DNA of 64,000 bases from Kiritimatiellia bacterium (GTDB lineage Bacteria; Verrucomicrobiota; Kiritimatiellia; UBA8416; JABMPJ01), in assembly GCA_030745755.1 (NCBI GenBank), contig JASLOA010000017.1:8896-72895 (forward strand), written 5' to 3'. The notes beneath the pieces were generated by a model that worked only from the letters and a program-made list of their open reading frames with translations, did not search any database and was not told the origin of the DNA. Positions 1 through 11,490 of the stretch are shown here, one piece after another. The translations under genes and the position numbers were made by a program. How positions within the stretch are numbered: the stretch's first letter is position 1; each line of letters starts with the position of its first letter.

Positions 1-20
1 ACAGTGGCTGTCGAGAAAAG

Positions 21-2561
21 CTAGTCTTCTGAGCCCGTCTCTTCAGTAGGAGCAGCAGTTACGTCTTCGGCCGCCGCTTCCGCAGCACCCTCCGCCTCCT
101 CGATGTCTTCTTCCTTCACGTCATCCTCACGTGCAATGGGGGAGGCCGAGACCAGCGTATCCCCCTCATCCAGGTTGATCAGTCGGACACCCTGTGTGGC
201 GCGTCCGATAACACGGACGTCGGCGACATCCATCTTGATCATCTTGCCGTTGGCCGTGATAAGCATGAGGGAGTCGTCTTCCAGCACACTGTGTGCGCCA
301 ACAACCTTGCCGTTACGGGCGGAGGTCCTGATGGCGATAATGCCGCTGCCGCCACGACTTTGCAGGCGATACTCATCAAACGATGTGCGCTTACCGTAGC
401 CGTTCTCGGTACAGACCAGGAAGGTGGCGTCTTCGCTGAGGATCTCCATGCTCTGGAGACGGTCTCCCTCGCGGAGCCTGATTCCGCGTACGCCGCGCGT
501 GGCACGGCCCTGGTCGCGAAGCTGGCCTTCGTCGAAGTGGATGCTCTTGCCGTTGGACGTGGTCAAGATAACCTCGTCCTCGCCCTCAGTCAGCTTCACC
601 TCGATCAGGCAGTCACCTTCATCGATGTTGATCGCAATGATGCCGCCCTGGCGAATATTGCTGTAACGGCCGAGGTTCGTTTTCTTGACGACCCCGTTCT
701 CCGTCGCCATGAGCAGGAAGCGGTTCTCATCGTATTCACGTACCCGGATCATCGCCGCGATCTGCTCTTCGTTGCCGATATTGAGCAGATTGACGATGGC
801 CTTGCCACGGGAGGTGCGTGTGGCCTCCGGGATTTTGTAGACCTTCTCCCAATAGACACGCCCGGCACTGGTAAAGAAGAGGATGGTGTCGTGCGTGTCG
901 GCCACGAAGAGGTGTTCCACGAAGTCCTCATCCCGTGTAGCCATGCCGGCCACGCCCTTGCCACCACGGCGCTGGGCCTTGTAGGTGTCGATCGGTACGC
1001 GCTTGATGTAGCCAACGTTGCTGATCGTGATGATGCATGGCTGATCGGCGATGAGATCTTCCATGTTGACCTCACCTTCGGCATGCGTGATGTCGGTGCG
1101 ACGCTCGTCGCCATACTTCTCTTTCAGCTCGACGAGGTCATCCTTGATGAGCCCGAAGATCTTGCCGGGGTTCTCAAGTAGATCGCGCAGGTACGAGATA
1201 CGCTTGATCAGTTCGAGATATTCCGCCTCCAGCTTCTCTCGCTCGAGGCCGGTAAGCTGGTAGAGGCGCATGTCGAGAATCGCGCTGGCCTGGATCTCGG
1301 TCAGCGCGAACTGGGTGACCAGGGCGATGCGCGCTTCGTCGCGATTGTTGGAGCCGCGGATGATCTTGACCACGGCATCCATGTTGTCGATCGCGATGCG
1401 CAGACCCTCAAGAATGTGGGCGCGCGCCTCCGCCTTGGCGAGATCGAACTGGGTACGCCGTGTGATGACGTCGAAACGGTGATCGGTGAAGCAGCGGATC
1501 AGCTGTTTCAGGTTCATCTCGTGCGGCTGACCGTTGTGGATCGCCAGCATGATGGCCCCGAAGGTCGTCTGCATCTGGGTGTGTTTGTAGAGCTGGTTCA
1601 GGATCACCTCGGCGATAACGCCGCGCTTGAGCTCAATCACGATGCGGATACCGAGGCTATTGGACTCGTCGCGCAGATCGGCGATGCCCTCAATCGACTT
1701 GGTGTGGACCAGCTTGGCTATATTCTCGATCAGGTTGGTCTTGTTGACCGTGTAGGGGATCTCGGTGATGATGATGGCATCTTTTCCGCTGTCGCGTTCT
1801 TCGATCGTGGCGCGGCCACGCACACGCATGTGGCCGCGTCCCTCGCGGTACATGCTCTGGATTCCGGCGGTGCCGCAGATGATGCCGCCGGTCGGGAAGT
1901 CCGGACCTTTAACGAAGGTAAGAAGATCGTCGATGGGGCAGTCCGGGTTGTCGATCTGGTGAATGATCGCATCCGTCAGCTCGCCGAGGTTATGCGGCGG
2001 GATGTTGGTGGCCATGCCCACCGCGATGCCGGTGGAACCGTTCAGCAGGAGGTTGGGCAGACGCGAAGGCAGCACGAGCGGCTGCTCGAGCGACTCGTCA
2101 TAGTTGGGGCCAAAATCAACCGTGTTCTTCTCGATGTCGGCCAGCATCTCCTCGGCATGGCGGTCCATCCGGATCTCGGTGTAACGCATGGCAGCAGCGT
2201 TGTCGCCATCGATAGACCCGAAGTTGCCCTGGCCATCCACCAATAGGTAGCGCAGGGAGAAATCCTGTGCCATACGCACAATCGTGTCGTAGACGGCCGT
2301 ATCACCATGCGGGTGATACTTACCGATGACATCACCCACCACGCGCGCCGACTTCTTGTAGGGCCGGCTGTGCGTGTTGGAGAGGTCGTGCATCGCGAAA
2401 AGAACGCGGCGGTGGACCGGTTTGAGGCCGTCGCGCGCATCGGGCAGGGCGCGGCCAATGATGACACTCATCGAGTAGTCAATATAGGAGGAGCGCATCT
2501 CCTCGCGAATATTGATGTCCTCAATGCGTTCGGGAATCAGTACTTCTGCTTCGTTTTCCAT
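21..2561 (-). CDS. gyrA: DNA gyrase subunit A
   Basis: [28 protein letters not shown] (catalytic Tyr), GyrA-box QRRGGKG, C-terminal propeller repeats and acidic tail. Confidence 0.98.
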   Translation of the reverse strand: MENEAEVLIPERIEDINIREEMRSSYIDYSMSVIIGRALPDARDGLKPVHRRVLFAMHDLSNTHSRPYKKSARVVGDVIGKYHPHGDTAVYDTIVRMAQDFSLRYLLVDGQGNFGSIDGDNAAAMRYTEIRMDRHAEEMLADIEKNTVDFGPNYDESLEQPLVLPSRLPNLLLNGSTGIAVGMATNIPPHNLGELTDAIIHQIDNPDCPIDDLLTFVKGPDFPTGGIICGTAGIQSMYREGRGHMRVRGRATIEERDSGKDAIIITEIPYTVNKTNLIENIAKLVHTKSIEGIADLRDESNSLGIRIVIELKRGVIAEVILNQLYKHTQMQTTFGAIMLAIHNGQPHEMNLKQLIRCFTDHRFDVITRRTQFDLAKAEARAHILEGLRIAIDNMDAVVKIIRGSNNRDEARIALVTQFALTEIQASAILDMRLYQLTGLEREKLEAEYLELIKRISYLRDLLENPGKIFGLIKDDLVELKEKYGDERRTDITHAEGEVNMEDLIADQPCIITISNVGYIKRVPIDTYKAQRRGGKGVAGMATRDEDFVEHLFVADTHDTILFFTSAGRVYWEKVYKIPEATRTSRGKAIVNLLNIGNEEQIAAMIRVREYDENRFLLMATENGVVKKTNLGRYSNIRQGGIIAINIDEGDCLIEVKLTEGEDEVILTTSNGKSIHFDEGQLRDQGRATRGVRGIRLREGDRLQSMEILSEDATFLVCTENGYGKRTSFDEYRLQSRGGSGIIAIRTSARNGKVVGAHSVLEDDSLMLITANGKMIKMDVADVRVIGRATQGVRLINLDEGDTLVSASPIAREDDVKEEDIEEAEGAAEAAAEDVTAAPTEETGSED

Positions 2562-2600
2562 CTAGTGTCCTGTCTTAGAATTACGTCTGTGTAACTGGTG

Positions 2601-2629
2601 TGTCATTCCTCGCTTCGCTCGGAATGACA
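2601..2629. repeat. Short palindromic element, internally deleted relative of the element at 15546-15643
   Basis: TGTCATTCC-TCGCTTCGCTC-GGAATGACA; perfect 9-bp arms; right 21 bp nearly match the right end of the 15546 element. Confidence 0.8.
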
Positions 2630-2671
2630 AGGACTCACGTATTGTAAAAGAGATGTTTACGAGAGAGGTCA

Positions 2672-5155
<2,484 letters not shown>

Positions 5156-5237
5156 CTATTTGTATCATGGAGGGGGTGCTCCCGCAAGGTAATGTGGTGC
5201 GAAAAGTGAGAAAAATCGCATAAAACCCATGATAAAC

Positions 5238-5266
5238 TTGCGAAAAGGGGCCTCTTTCGCTAGGGT
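5238..5266 (+). promoter_or_regulatory. Putative sigma70 promoter for efp-epmA
   Basis: TTGCGA-17 bp-TAGGGT upstream of efp. Confidence 0.5.
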
Positions 5267-5328
5267 TGTCGATCTTTCTCTTCCCGAGAGGTAAAGCGGG
5301 CCGAAAATGCAGCAAAGTGAGGGGTAAT

Positions 5329-5892
5329 ATGTTCAGTGCATCGGATCTTCGAAAAGGGCTGAAAATCGAGATTGATGGGCAGCCCTATGTCATCACAGAT
5401 TTCACGTTTACCAAGCCTGGTAAAGGGCAGTCGATCTACACCTGTAAGATGAAGAACATGATCAACGGGTCGACGCTGACCCGGCAGTATCGGTCCAACG
5501 ACAAGATGGACAAGCCGCAGCTCGAACAGGTCAAGTTGCAGTACTCCTACCAGGACGGTGACAGCTACGTCTTCATGAACGATGACTATGAACAGGTTTC
5601 GATCAGCGCTGAGGCCCTCGGCAGTGCCGTCAACTTCCTCGTTGAAGACATGACCGTTGAATTTCTCTATCACAACGGCAGTCCGATCGACGTGGAACTC
5701 CCGATCTTTATTGAGAAAGAGATCGTCTACACCGAGCCGGGCGCCCGCGGCAACACGGCGACCAACGTACTCAAGCCTGCCAAGATCGATACCGGCTACG
5801 AGATCAATGTGCCCATCTTTATGAACCAGGGCGACATTGTGAAGATCGATACGCGCACCGGTGAGTACGTCGAGCGCGTGGCGACGGCGTAG
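5329..5892 (+). CDS. efp: Elongation factor P
   Basis: KPGKG loop (modifiable Lys), PGARGNTA, IKIDTRTGEYVER-like C-terminus; start moved to ATG 5329 after GAGGGG Shine-Dalgarno. Confidence 0.96.
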   Translation: MFSASDLRKGLKIEIDGQPYVITDFTFTKPGKGQSIYTCKMKNMINGSTLTRQYRSNDKMDKPQLEQVKLQYSYQDGDSYVFMNDDYEQVSISAEALGSAVNFLVEDMTVEFLYHNGSPIDVELPIFIEKEIVYTEPGARGNTATNVLKPAKIDTGYEINVPIFMNQGDIVKIDTRTGEYVERVATA

Positions 5893-5894
5893 TC

Positions 5895-5929
5895 CGGAGA
5901 TCGGAAATCGGAAGTCGGAGGTCAGAGAT
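5895..5929 (+). repeat. Degenerate heptamer tandem repeat (5 units, CGGARRT-like)
   Basis: cggagat cggaaat cggaagt cggaggt cagagat filling the efp-epmA spacer. Confidence 0.75.
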
Positions 5930-5932
5930 CGG

Positions 5933-6817
5933 ATGCCGGATGCCTTGGTACTGCGAAGCCGGGTCCTCCAGGCGATCCGCACCTTCTTTGTCGAGCGTGA
6001 CTACATCGAAGTCGAAACGCCTGTCCGCCTGCCGGCACCGGCGCTCGAGCTTCACATCGATGCCGAGCCCGCCGGAGAGCAGTGGTTGCGCACATCTCCA
6101 GAACTCCACTTGAAGCGCCTGCTTGCTGCCGGTCATCCCCGCATCTTTGAGCTGGGTCCCTGCTTTCGCCGGGGCGAACGTGGTCGGCTGCACCGTCCAG
6201 AGTTCACGATGCTGGAGTGGTATCGCAGCGATGCGGATTATCGCGATACGTTGGTCGAGTGTCGTGAGCTTCTGGTTTACGTGGCGCGGGACGTGCTCGA
6301 CGGTAGCGTGATCATGCGGGATGGGCGAGAGCTTGAGCTGGGTCCCGAGTGGGCTGTGCAGACGGTAGCGGAGGCGTTTGGTGCGCATGCGGGATGGAAC
6401 CCGGTCTCGGACTATGACGCTGACCGTTTTGATCTCGATCTGGTCAATAAGGTCGAACCGGAACTGTCGCGTGATGTCCCTGCGATCCTAATGGATTACC
6501 CCGTCGAGGCCGCCGCCCTGGCACGCTGTCGGCCCGGTTCTCCTCCCGTCGCAGAGCGCTGGGAACTCTATGTAGCGGGGCTGGAGTTGGCCAATGCCTT
6601 CACTGAATTGACCGATCCCGTTGAGCAGCGACGCAGGTTTCTGGAGTGCGCCGAAGCGCGAAAAATGGCTCAAAAACCGGTCTACCCCCTCGATGAAGCC
6701 TTCCTGAAGGCGCTTGAGAGCGGTTTAAAGCCCTGTTCGGGGGTTGCCCTGGGTGTTGACCGCCTCGTGATGCTTCTGGGCGATTTTGGGGATATTGACG
6801 ACGTTCGGGCCTTCTGA
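5933..6817 (+). CDS. epmA: EF-P lysine aminoacylase (EpmA/GenX/PoxA)
   Basis: LysRS catalytic-domain motifs without an anticodon domain: EVETP, LRTSPE, PEFTMLEWY, ELANAFTEL, GVALGVDRL; directly downstream of efp. Confidence 0.93.
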   Translation: MPDALVLRSRVLQAIRTFFVERDYIEVETPVRLPAPALELHIDAEPAGEQWLRTSPELHLKRLLAAGHPRIFELGPCFRRGERGRLHRPEFTMLEWYRSDADYRDTLVECRELLVYVARDVLDGSVIMRDGRELELGPEWAVQTVAEAFGAHAGWNPVSDYDADRFDLDLVNKVEPELSRDVPAILMDYPVEAAALARCRPGSPPVAERWELYVAGLELANAFTELTDPVEQRRRFLECAEARKMAQKPVYPLDEAFLKALESGLKPCSGVALGVDRLVMLLGDFGDIDDVRAF

Positions 6818-6844
6818 CGGCAAACGTCCCCTGCCGGCTGTGAT

Positions 6845-7064
6845 GTGCCCCCTGCCGGCTTGTCCGGCAGGAGCACAAGCTTAACAGCCAGAAAGACGTA
6901 ACAGAAAGCAGGCCCCCGCCGGTTCATCCGGCGGGTGAATAAGCTTTCGCCAGTCTTGCCCATGCTTATTCACCCGCCACACAAGGTGGCAGGGGCCGAA
7001 AGCGCATTAGATTCCCTTTTGGCTGGTAAGCTGGCGTTCCTGCCACGCAAGGTGGCAGGGGCAC
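6845..7064. repeat. About 220-bp imperfect foldback element containing four 21-bp hairpins
   Basis: Left and right arms of about 100 bp align as reverse complements; hairpins at 6851, 6915, 6973 and 7039. Confidence 0.85.
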
Positions 7065-7065
7065 T

Positions 7066-8064
7066 CTACGTATTCAGCATACCGAAGATCGCGTCGCGCA
7101 GCTCGTCGATGCCCTCGCCGGTCTCGGCTGAAATCTGGAGTGGGGTCTCGCCGGTTTCCTGAATGAACGTGGCCAGTTTCTCGGCCGACTCGGGACAGTC
7201 CATCTTGTTGGACACAACCAATGAAGGCCGCCGCATCAGGTCGCCGCGGTAGAGCTTGAGCTCTTCCCTGAGATTCCGATAGTCCTCCTCCGGCTCGCGA
7301 CCATCGGTTCCGGCCATGTCGATGACATAGATAATGTAGTGGGCCCGCTCGATATGGCGCAGGAAGGAGTAGCCTAAACCAACACCGAGGTGGGCGTCTT
7401 TGATCAACCCCGGAATGTCGGCCACCGTGGCACGCGTGTAGTTCTCAAAGATGATAGTGCCGATGATCGGGTTCAGCGTCGTAAATGGGTAGGCGGCGAC
7501 ACGGGGGTGGGCATCACTGATCTTGGTCAGAAGCGATGACTTGCCGGCATTGGGGAAACCCACCAGTCCGATGTCGGCCACCAGCTTCAACTCAAGCTTG
7601 AGGGATACCTCCTCGCCCGGCTCGCCATTCGTCTGCTCAGTGGGGGCCTGGTGGGTGGAGCTCTTCCAGTGTACGTTGCCGCGGCCGCCCTTGCCGCCAT
7701 GAGCAATGCAGAACTCCTCGCCTTCGTTCACGATGTCGGCCAGCACCTCGCCACTTTCGGCTTCCATCACCAAGGTGCCGCGCGGCACCTTGATAACGAG
7801 ATCGCCCCCATTCTTGCCATGCATCTGCTGGCGGCGGCCGGGGCCACCGTGCTCGGCCTTGCGAACCGGGGAGAAGAAGATGCCGATGAGCGAGTCGGTT
7901 TCCCGGTCGGCCTTGAGTGTGATGTGGCCGCCACGACCGCCATCGCCGCCATCGGGGCCGCCCTTGGCGACAAACTTTTCGCGTCGGAAGCTGGCCGATC
8001 CGTTGCCGCCGTTACCGGCCTTGGCAGAGAGGACGGCGGAATCAATGAACTTGCGGGTTTTCAC
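7066..8064 (-). CDS. obgE: GTPase Obg/CgtA
   Basis: Gly-rich N-terminus ([12 protein letters not shown]), [24 protein letters not shown]. Confidence 0.97.
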   Translation of the reverse strand: MKTRKFIDSAVLSAKAGNGGNGSASFRREKFVAKGGPDGGDGGRGGHITLKADRETDSLIGIFFSPVRKAEHGGPGRRQQMHGKNGGDLVIKVPRGTLVMEAESGEVLADIVNEGEEFCIAHGGKGGRGNVHWKSSTHQAPTEQTNGEPGEEVSLKLELKLVADIGLVGFPNAGKSSLLTKISDAHPRVAAYPFTTLNPIIGTIIFENYTRATVADIPGLIKDAHLGVGLGYSFLRHIERAHYIIYVIDMAGTDGREPEEDYRNLREELKLYRGDLMRRPSLVVSNKMDCPESAEKLATFIQETGETPLQISAETGEGIDELRDAIFGMLNT

Positions 8065-8321
8065 GCAACCGCGGCTTCGAGCTCAAATACGCTGATGAGC
8101 TTGCCGTTTTTCTCGAACTTGACGGTGCCGTCAACCAGCGAGAACAGCGTGTCATCCTTGCCGCGCTTCACGTTCTTTCCGGGAAAGAACTTGGTGCCAC
8201 GCTGACGTACCAGGATTGAGCCGGCCGTCACGACCTGTCCGTCGTAGCGCTTGACACCCAGTCGCTTGGACTGACTGTCGCGTCCGTTCTTTGCTGATCC
8301 ACCACTTTTCTTATGTGCCAT
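8061..8321 (-). CDS. rpmA: 50S ribosomal protein L27
   Basis: [32 protein letters not shown]. Confidence 0.98.
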   Translation of the reverse strand: MAHKKSGGSAKNGRDSQSKRLGVKRYDGQVVTAGSILVRQRGTKFFPGKNVKRGKDDTLFSLVDGTVKFEKNGKLISVFELEAAVA

Positions 8322-8339
8322 GGTAAGTTCTCCAACCGT

Positions 8340-8654
8340 TTATGCGATGCTCTTGACCTTAATCACGGTCAGTTCCTGGCGATGCCCCACTTTGCGGGAA
8401 TAGCCCTTGCGGCGCTTCTTCTTGAAGTTGATCAGTTTTGGGCCACGAATGTGCTCGACGACAGTGCTTGTCACCGCAGCAGCGTCAATGGCCGGTGTGC
8501 CGACTTCCAGGGCCTCGCCGTTAGAGCGTGCCAGAACCGGCTCAAGCTTCACGTCAGCGCCTGCTTCGGCGTCGAGACGCTCGACCGTCAGCGTGTCATC
8601 TTCTTTGACGAGGTACTGTTTGCCACCCGTCTGAACTACTGCATATGCATCCAT
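8340..8654 (-). CDS. rplU: 50S ribosomal protein L21
   Basis: YAVVQTGGKQY, FKKKRRKGYSRKVGHRQ; upstream of rpmA. Confidence 0.98.
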   Translation of the reverse strand: MDAYAVVQTGGKQYLVKEDDTLTVERLDAEAGADVKLEPVLARSNGEALEVGTPAIDAAAVTSTVVEHIRGPKLINFKKKRRKGYSRKVGHRQELTVIKVKSIA

Positions 8655-8718
8655 GTTTCCTACCCCCGGCCGCTCGTATGGCCGTCCCTTTTATCCCCGA
8701 AATGGTTAAAGCTCGTGA

Positions 8719-8747
8719 ACGGTAAGCCAAAAGCCCCTGTGTGTCAA
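8719..8747 (-). promoter_or_regulatory. Putative sigma70 promoter for rplU-rpmA-obgE
   Basis: Minus strand TTGACA-17 bp-TACCGT. Confidence 0.6.
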
Positions 8748-8776
8748 GGGGTAGGCAGAAATAAAACCTACTTCTT

Positions 8777-9787
8777 TCACACTTTGCCCTGCTCGTCCTT
8801 GATCGTCTGTTCAAGATGCTTGAGAGCCTCAAGATCCTGGGCATCGGCCAACTCGGCGTCGTGCTCTCTACGCCGGGTGGCGAAGCTCTCGTATTCGGTG
8901 CGGGCGTGGGATTCCATCTCTTTGCGACTGACGCTGCCTTTGTGAGTCAGGACAGTCATGTCGCTGCCCTTAAGAATGCGGTCCACGTTACCGCGCCAGA
9001 AGTCCATGGTGATATCGAGTCGGTTCTTGGCACGCAGTTCAGCGGTTTCGAGGAAGATCACAACCAGCCGGTTGAGGGTGTCGATCTCGTCTTCAGAAAG
9101 GTAGTTCTTGGCGATGATGATGTCCTGCTTCCTGACAATGGAGCCCTTCCAACTCGTCAGGCCCATGTTGGGCTGTTCGGAATCGGCACGCGCGGTGATG
9201 ATTTCGGCCGCGGTCTGCTTGGTGCTGGCGAAAAGCAGTTTATTCTGCGTTTCGGCAAAGAACATCTGAGTCGCCCTATCGGTGGGGTCGTAGTCGCTGC
9301 AGAGGGCAAAGAGATCGCGCACTTTCTGATAGAAGCGCTTCTCGGATGCTCGGATGTCGCGGATGCGTGCCAGCATCTCGTCGAAGTAGTCGGGGCGTCC
9401 ATCCGGATTCTTCAGCCGTTCGTCATCCATGACAAACCCCTTGACCACATAGTCGTGCAGGTGGTGGTTGGCCCACTGCCTGAATTGGGTTCCGCGCAGA
9501 CTTCGAACCCGGAATCCGATCGCCAATATCATAGGCAGGGCATAGTGGCGAACACTGTATTCCTTGCCGTCAGCGGCAGTTGTTAAGTAATCCTTAACAA
9601 CTGAATTCTCCTGCAACTCCTTTTCCTCCAATATGTTGGAGATATGCATGCTGATATTGGGCGTGGAGGTGGCAAAAAGTTCTGAAAGCTGTCCCTGATT
9701 GAGCCAGATGCGCCCATCCCGGGCATAGAGCGCCACGGACGCCTTGCCGTCGTCTGTCCTGTAGATAATCAGATTCTGCTCGTCCAT
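8777..9787 (-). CDS. RhuM-family (virulence RhuM) DNA-binding protein
   Basis: IWLNQGQLSELF, NISMHISNILEEKEL, YALPMILAIGFRVRSLRGTQFRQWA, KGFVMDDERLK, IRDIRASEKRFYQKV. Confidence 0.88.
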   Translation of the reverse strand: MDEQNLIIYRTDDGKASVALYARDGRIWLNQGQLSELFATSTPNISMHISNILEEKELQENSVVKDYLTTAADGKEYSVRHYALPMILAIGFRVRSLRGTQFRQWANHHLHDYVVKGFVMDDERLKNPDGRPDYFDEMLARIRDIRASEKRFYQKVRDLFALCSDYDPTDRATQMFFAETQNKLLFASTKQTAAEIITARADSEQPNMGLTSWKGSIVRKQDIIIAKNYLSEDEIDTLNRLVVIFLETAELRAKNRLDITMDFWRGNVDRILKGSDMTVLTHKGSVSRKEMESHARTEYESFATRRREHDAELADAQDLEALKHLEQTIKDEQGKV

Positions 9788-10002
9788 ACTTCGCCTCGTT
9801 CACGCTGACGTAGATTGCAACGAGTATGATTCAAGGCCTGCATCCGGTCGAGGAAAGAACGAGACGCGCTCCCTGTTCGTAGATCTTCAGGTTCAGAACA
9901 GACGAAAGCTCCCCCAGCGTCAGATCGCAATCCTGTGCTACAGATCCCAGTTCGTCCATGAGCAGCCCCACAGTCAGCAGTGCTCCTTTGAACCAGTGGA
10001 GT

Positions 10003-10193
10003 ACCCCAAAGGGGTGCACCATCATAGCCCTGGGTGAAACCCAGGGATCCATGGAGAACATGGATATTGCGGGAGGCGAAGCGGACGAGAACGCCCACGG
10101 TCAACCCCCGTCCGCGTGACTCCCGCTAATCCCTTTCGTTGCCTCGGAACCCGGCGTTTCACGCCGGGCTATGATGTTCGACCCCGTTGGGGT
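10003..10193. repeat. Inverted pair of about 44-bp double-hairpin REP-like units
   Basis: 10003-10046 ACCCCAAAGGGGT..CATCATAGCCCTGGGTGAAACCCAGGG and reverse complement of 10150-10193 ACCCCAACGGGGT..CATCATAGCCCGGCGTGAAACGCCGGG. Confidence 0.85.
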
Positions 10194-10371
10194 CGTGATG
10201 CCTCAACATGTCATTTGGAGCACGAGGAACAATGGGGCGGTCAGCAGTCGGTCATGCTCCGACTGACCACTCAGCGAGGCGTTAGCCTGACGTACAGAGG
10301 CGGCAGGCGGTTCGAAACTACAAGCGGAGCACGCTATTCGGATTATATCCTCCGGTTTGTCGCTTCTCTCG

Positions 10372-11139
10372 CTATGCCAGGGCCATCAGGAGGATGGGGA
10401 TGATAGCGAGAACCAAGGTAACCCCAAGCATGACTACAAGCCCCATGAGCCATAAACGAAACGCATTCATGAACCCAATTGCTTGCCCGGCCTCCGTCTG
10501 CACACTATGACCCAGCACCAAAATGAATACATATAACGAGGCAACTGCCACCGCCAGCGTCGCCACAATCGATGAGTGCCCCATAATCGCTAGAGCTACA
10601 AGACCGCCGATCTGAGACAGCGCACCAATGACTCCTGCTTTCAGAGTGGCTCTATACATAACTCCCTGCTTCGGGCGAAACCCCAGAACCATCTGCGACA
10701 CATAATACATTATGAGTGCCGGAAGCATAAGGCTAAGCGGCATAAAGACGAGGGAAGCAATGGACATAGCAATCGCGTTCTGAGACGAGCCAATATCCAC
10801 AGCAGGTAATGCCTGTAACATAGTCTGGATGTCTGACCGTGATATTGGTGTGCTTGCTTCTGTTTCGGTTGCCCTAAACCGAGGCTGCGGATGACCCTTT
10901 GATCGGACATATTCCCTGTCGGCACGACAGAGTTTGTCGAGTTCCACCTTGAAGCGTTTGCCGCTAGGGTTCTCGAGGATGACGTTAGCAGGGCCATTGC
11001 CCTTTTCAAGAGACACATATGATGCTTCAAGGATGTCCCCACTGACAGACACCCATTCTCTTGCATGTGTGGTGCACTGGGCGATACCAATCAGGAGCGA
11101 AACAGAAATAGAATACGGATACAGCCTACAGCTCATCAC
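10372..11139 (-). CDS. Membrane protein with N-terminal signal peptide, SHD1-like domain and about 4 TM helices
   Basis: REWVSVSGDILEASYVS...VILENPSGKRFKVELDKLCRADREYV resembles SLA1-homology domain 1; hydrophobic C-terminal half. Confidence 0.65.
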   Translation of the reverse strand: MMSCRLYPYSISVSLLIGIAQCTTHAREWVSVSGDILEASYVSLEKGNGPANVILENPSGKRFKVELDKLCRADREYVRSKGHPQPRFRATETEASTPISRSDIQTMLQALPAVDIGSSQNAIAMSIASLVFMPLSLMLPALIMYYVSQMVLGFRPKQGVMYRATLKAGVIGALSQIGGLVALAIMGHSSIVATLAVAVASLYVFILVLGHSVQTEAGQAIGFMNAFRLWLMGLVVMLGVTLVLAIIPILLMALA

Positions 11140-11490
11140 TAATCACCCCACCCATATCCCGCACCGCTTACGCCCATATCGCATTGCCTGGTTCAACCCA
11201 TTTGTTTCAACCAAGAAGATAACCCGCAGTGAGAGCCTTGGACAACCCCCTCTCGCCTCCCATCGCCCCATCAAGCGCATACATTAGCAGACAACCCGCG
11301 CTCGAACACTGACGCGACGATACCAGCAACATAGCCAGAGTGCAACCCTCCCCATTGGTTACATGGAGCATTGGGGATAGTGGAGCTCAGCCAAGGTGTA
11401 TCGGAGCTACTTCGCCACACATCCTCAGGACGAGCGGTCTTCTGGCTGTCGGACACTGGAGCAAGGAGCCCTTGAATTCACGTCGTCTGT

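Noticed and set aside
6851-7059. Possible CRISPR array (four spaced palindromes)
   Set aside because: Units are not identical, flip orientation at the centre, the spacers pair with each other, and no cas genes are present
9769-10104. Small ORFs upstream of rhuM (111 aa and 76 aa, minus strand)
   Set aside because: Both run through the REP unit. The 76-aa one has a faint winged-helix look (DELG..CDLTLGELSSVL) but no recognisable family.
10300-10330. GGTTCGAAAC resembling a tRNA T-loop
   Set aside because: No acceptor stem, D-arm or anticodon arm can be built
11271-11456. 61-aa minus-strand ORF downstream of rnr
   Set aside because: No motif or Shine-Dalgarno; kept only as context for the weak attC-like site
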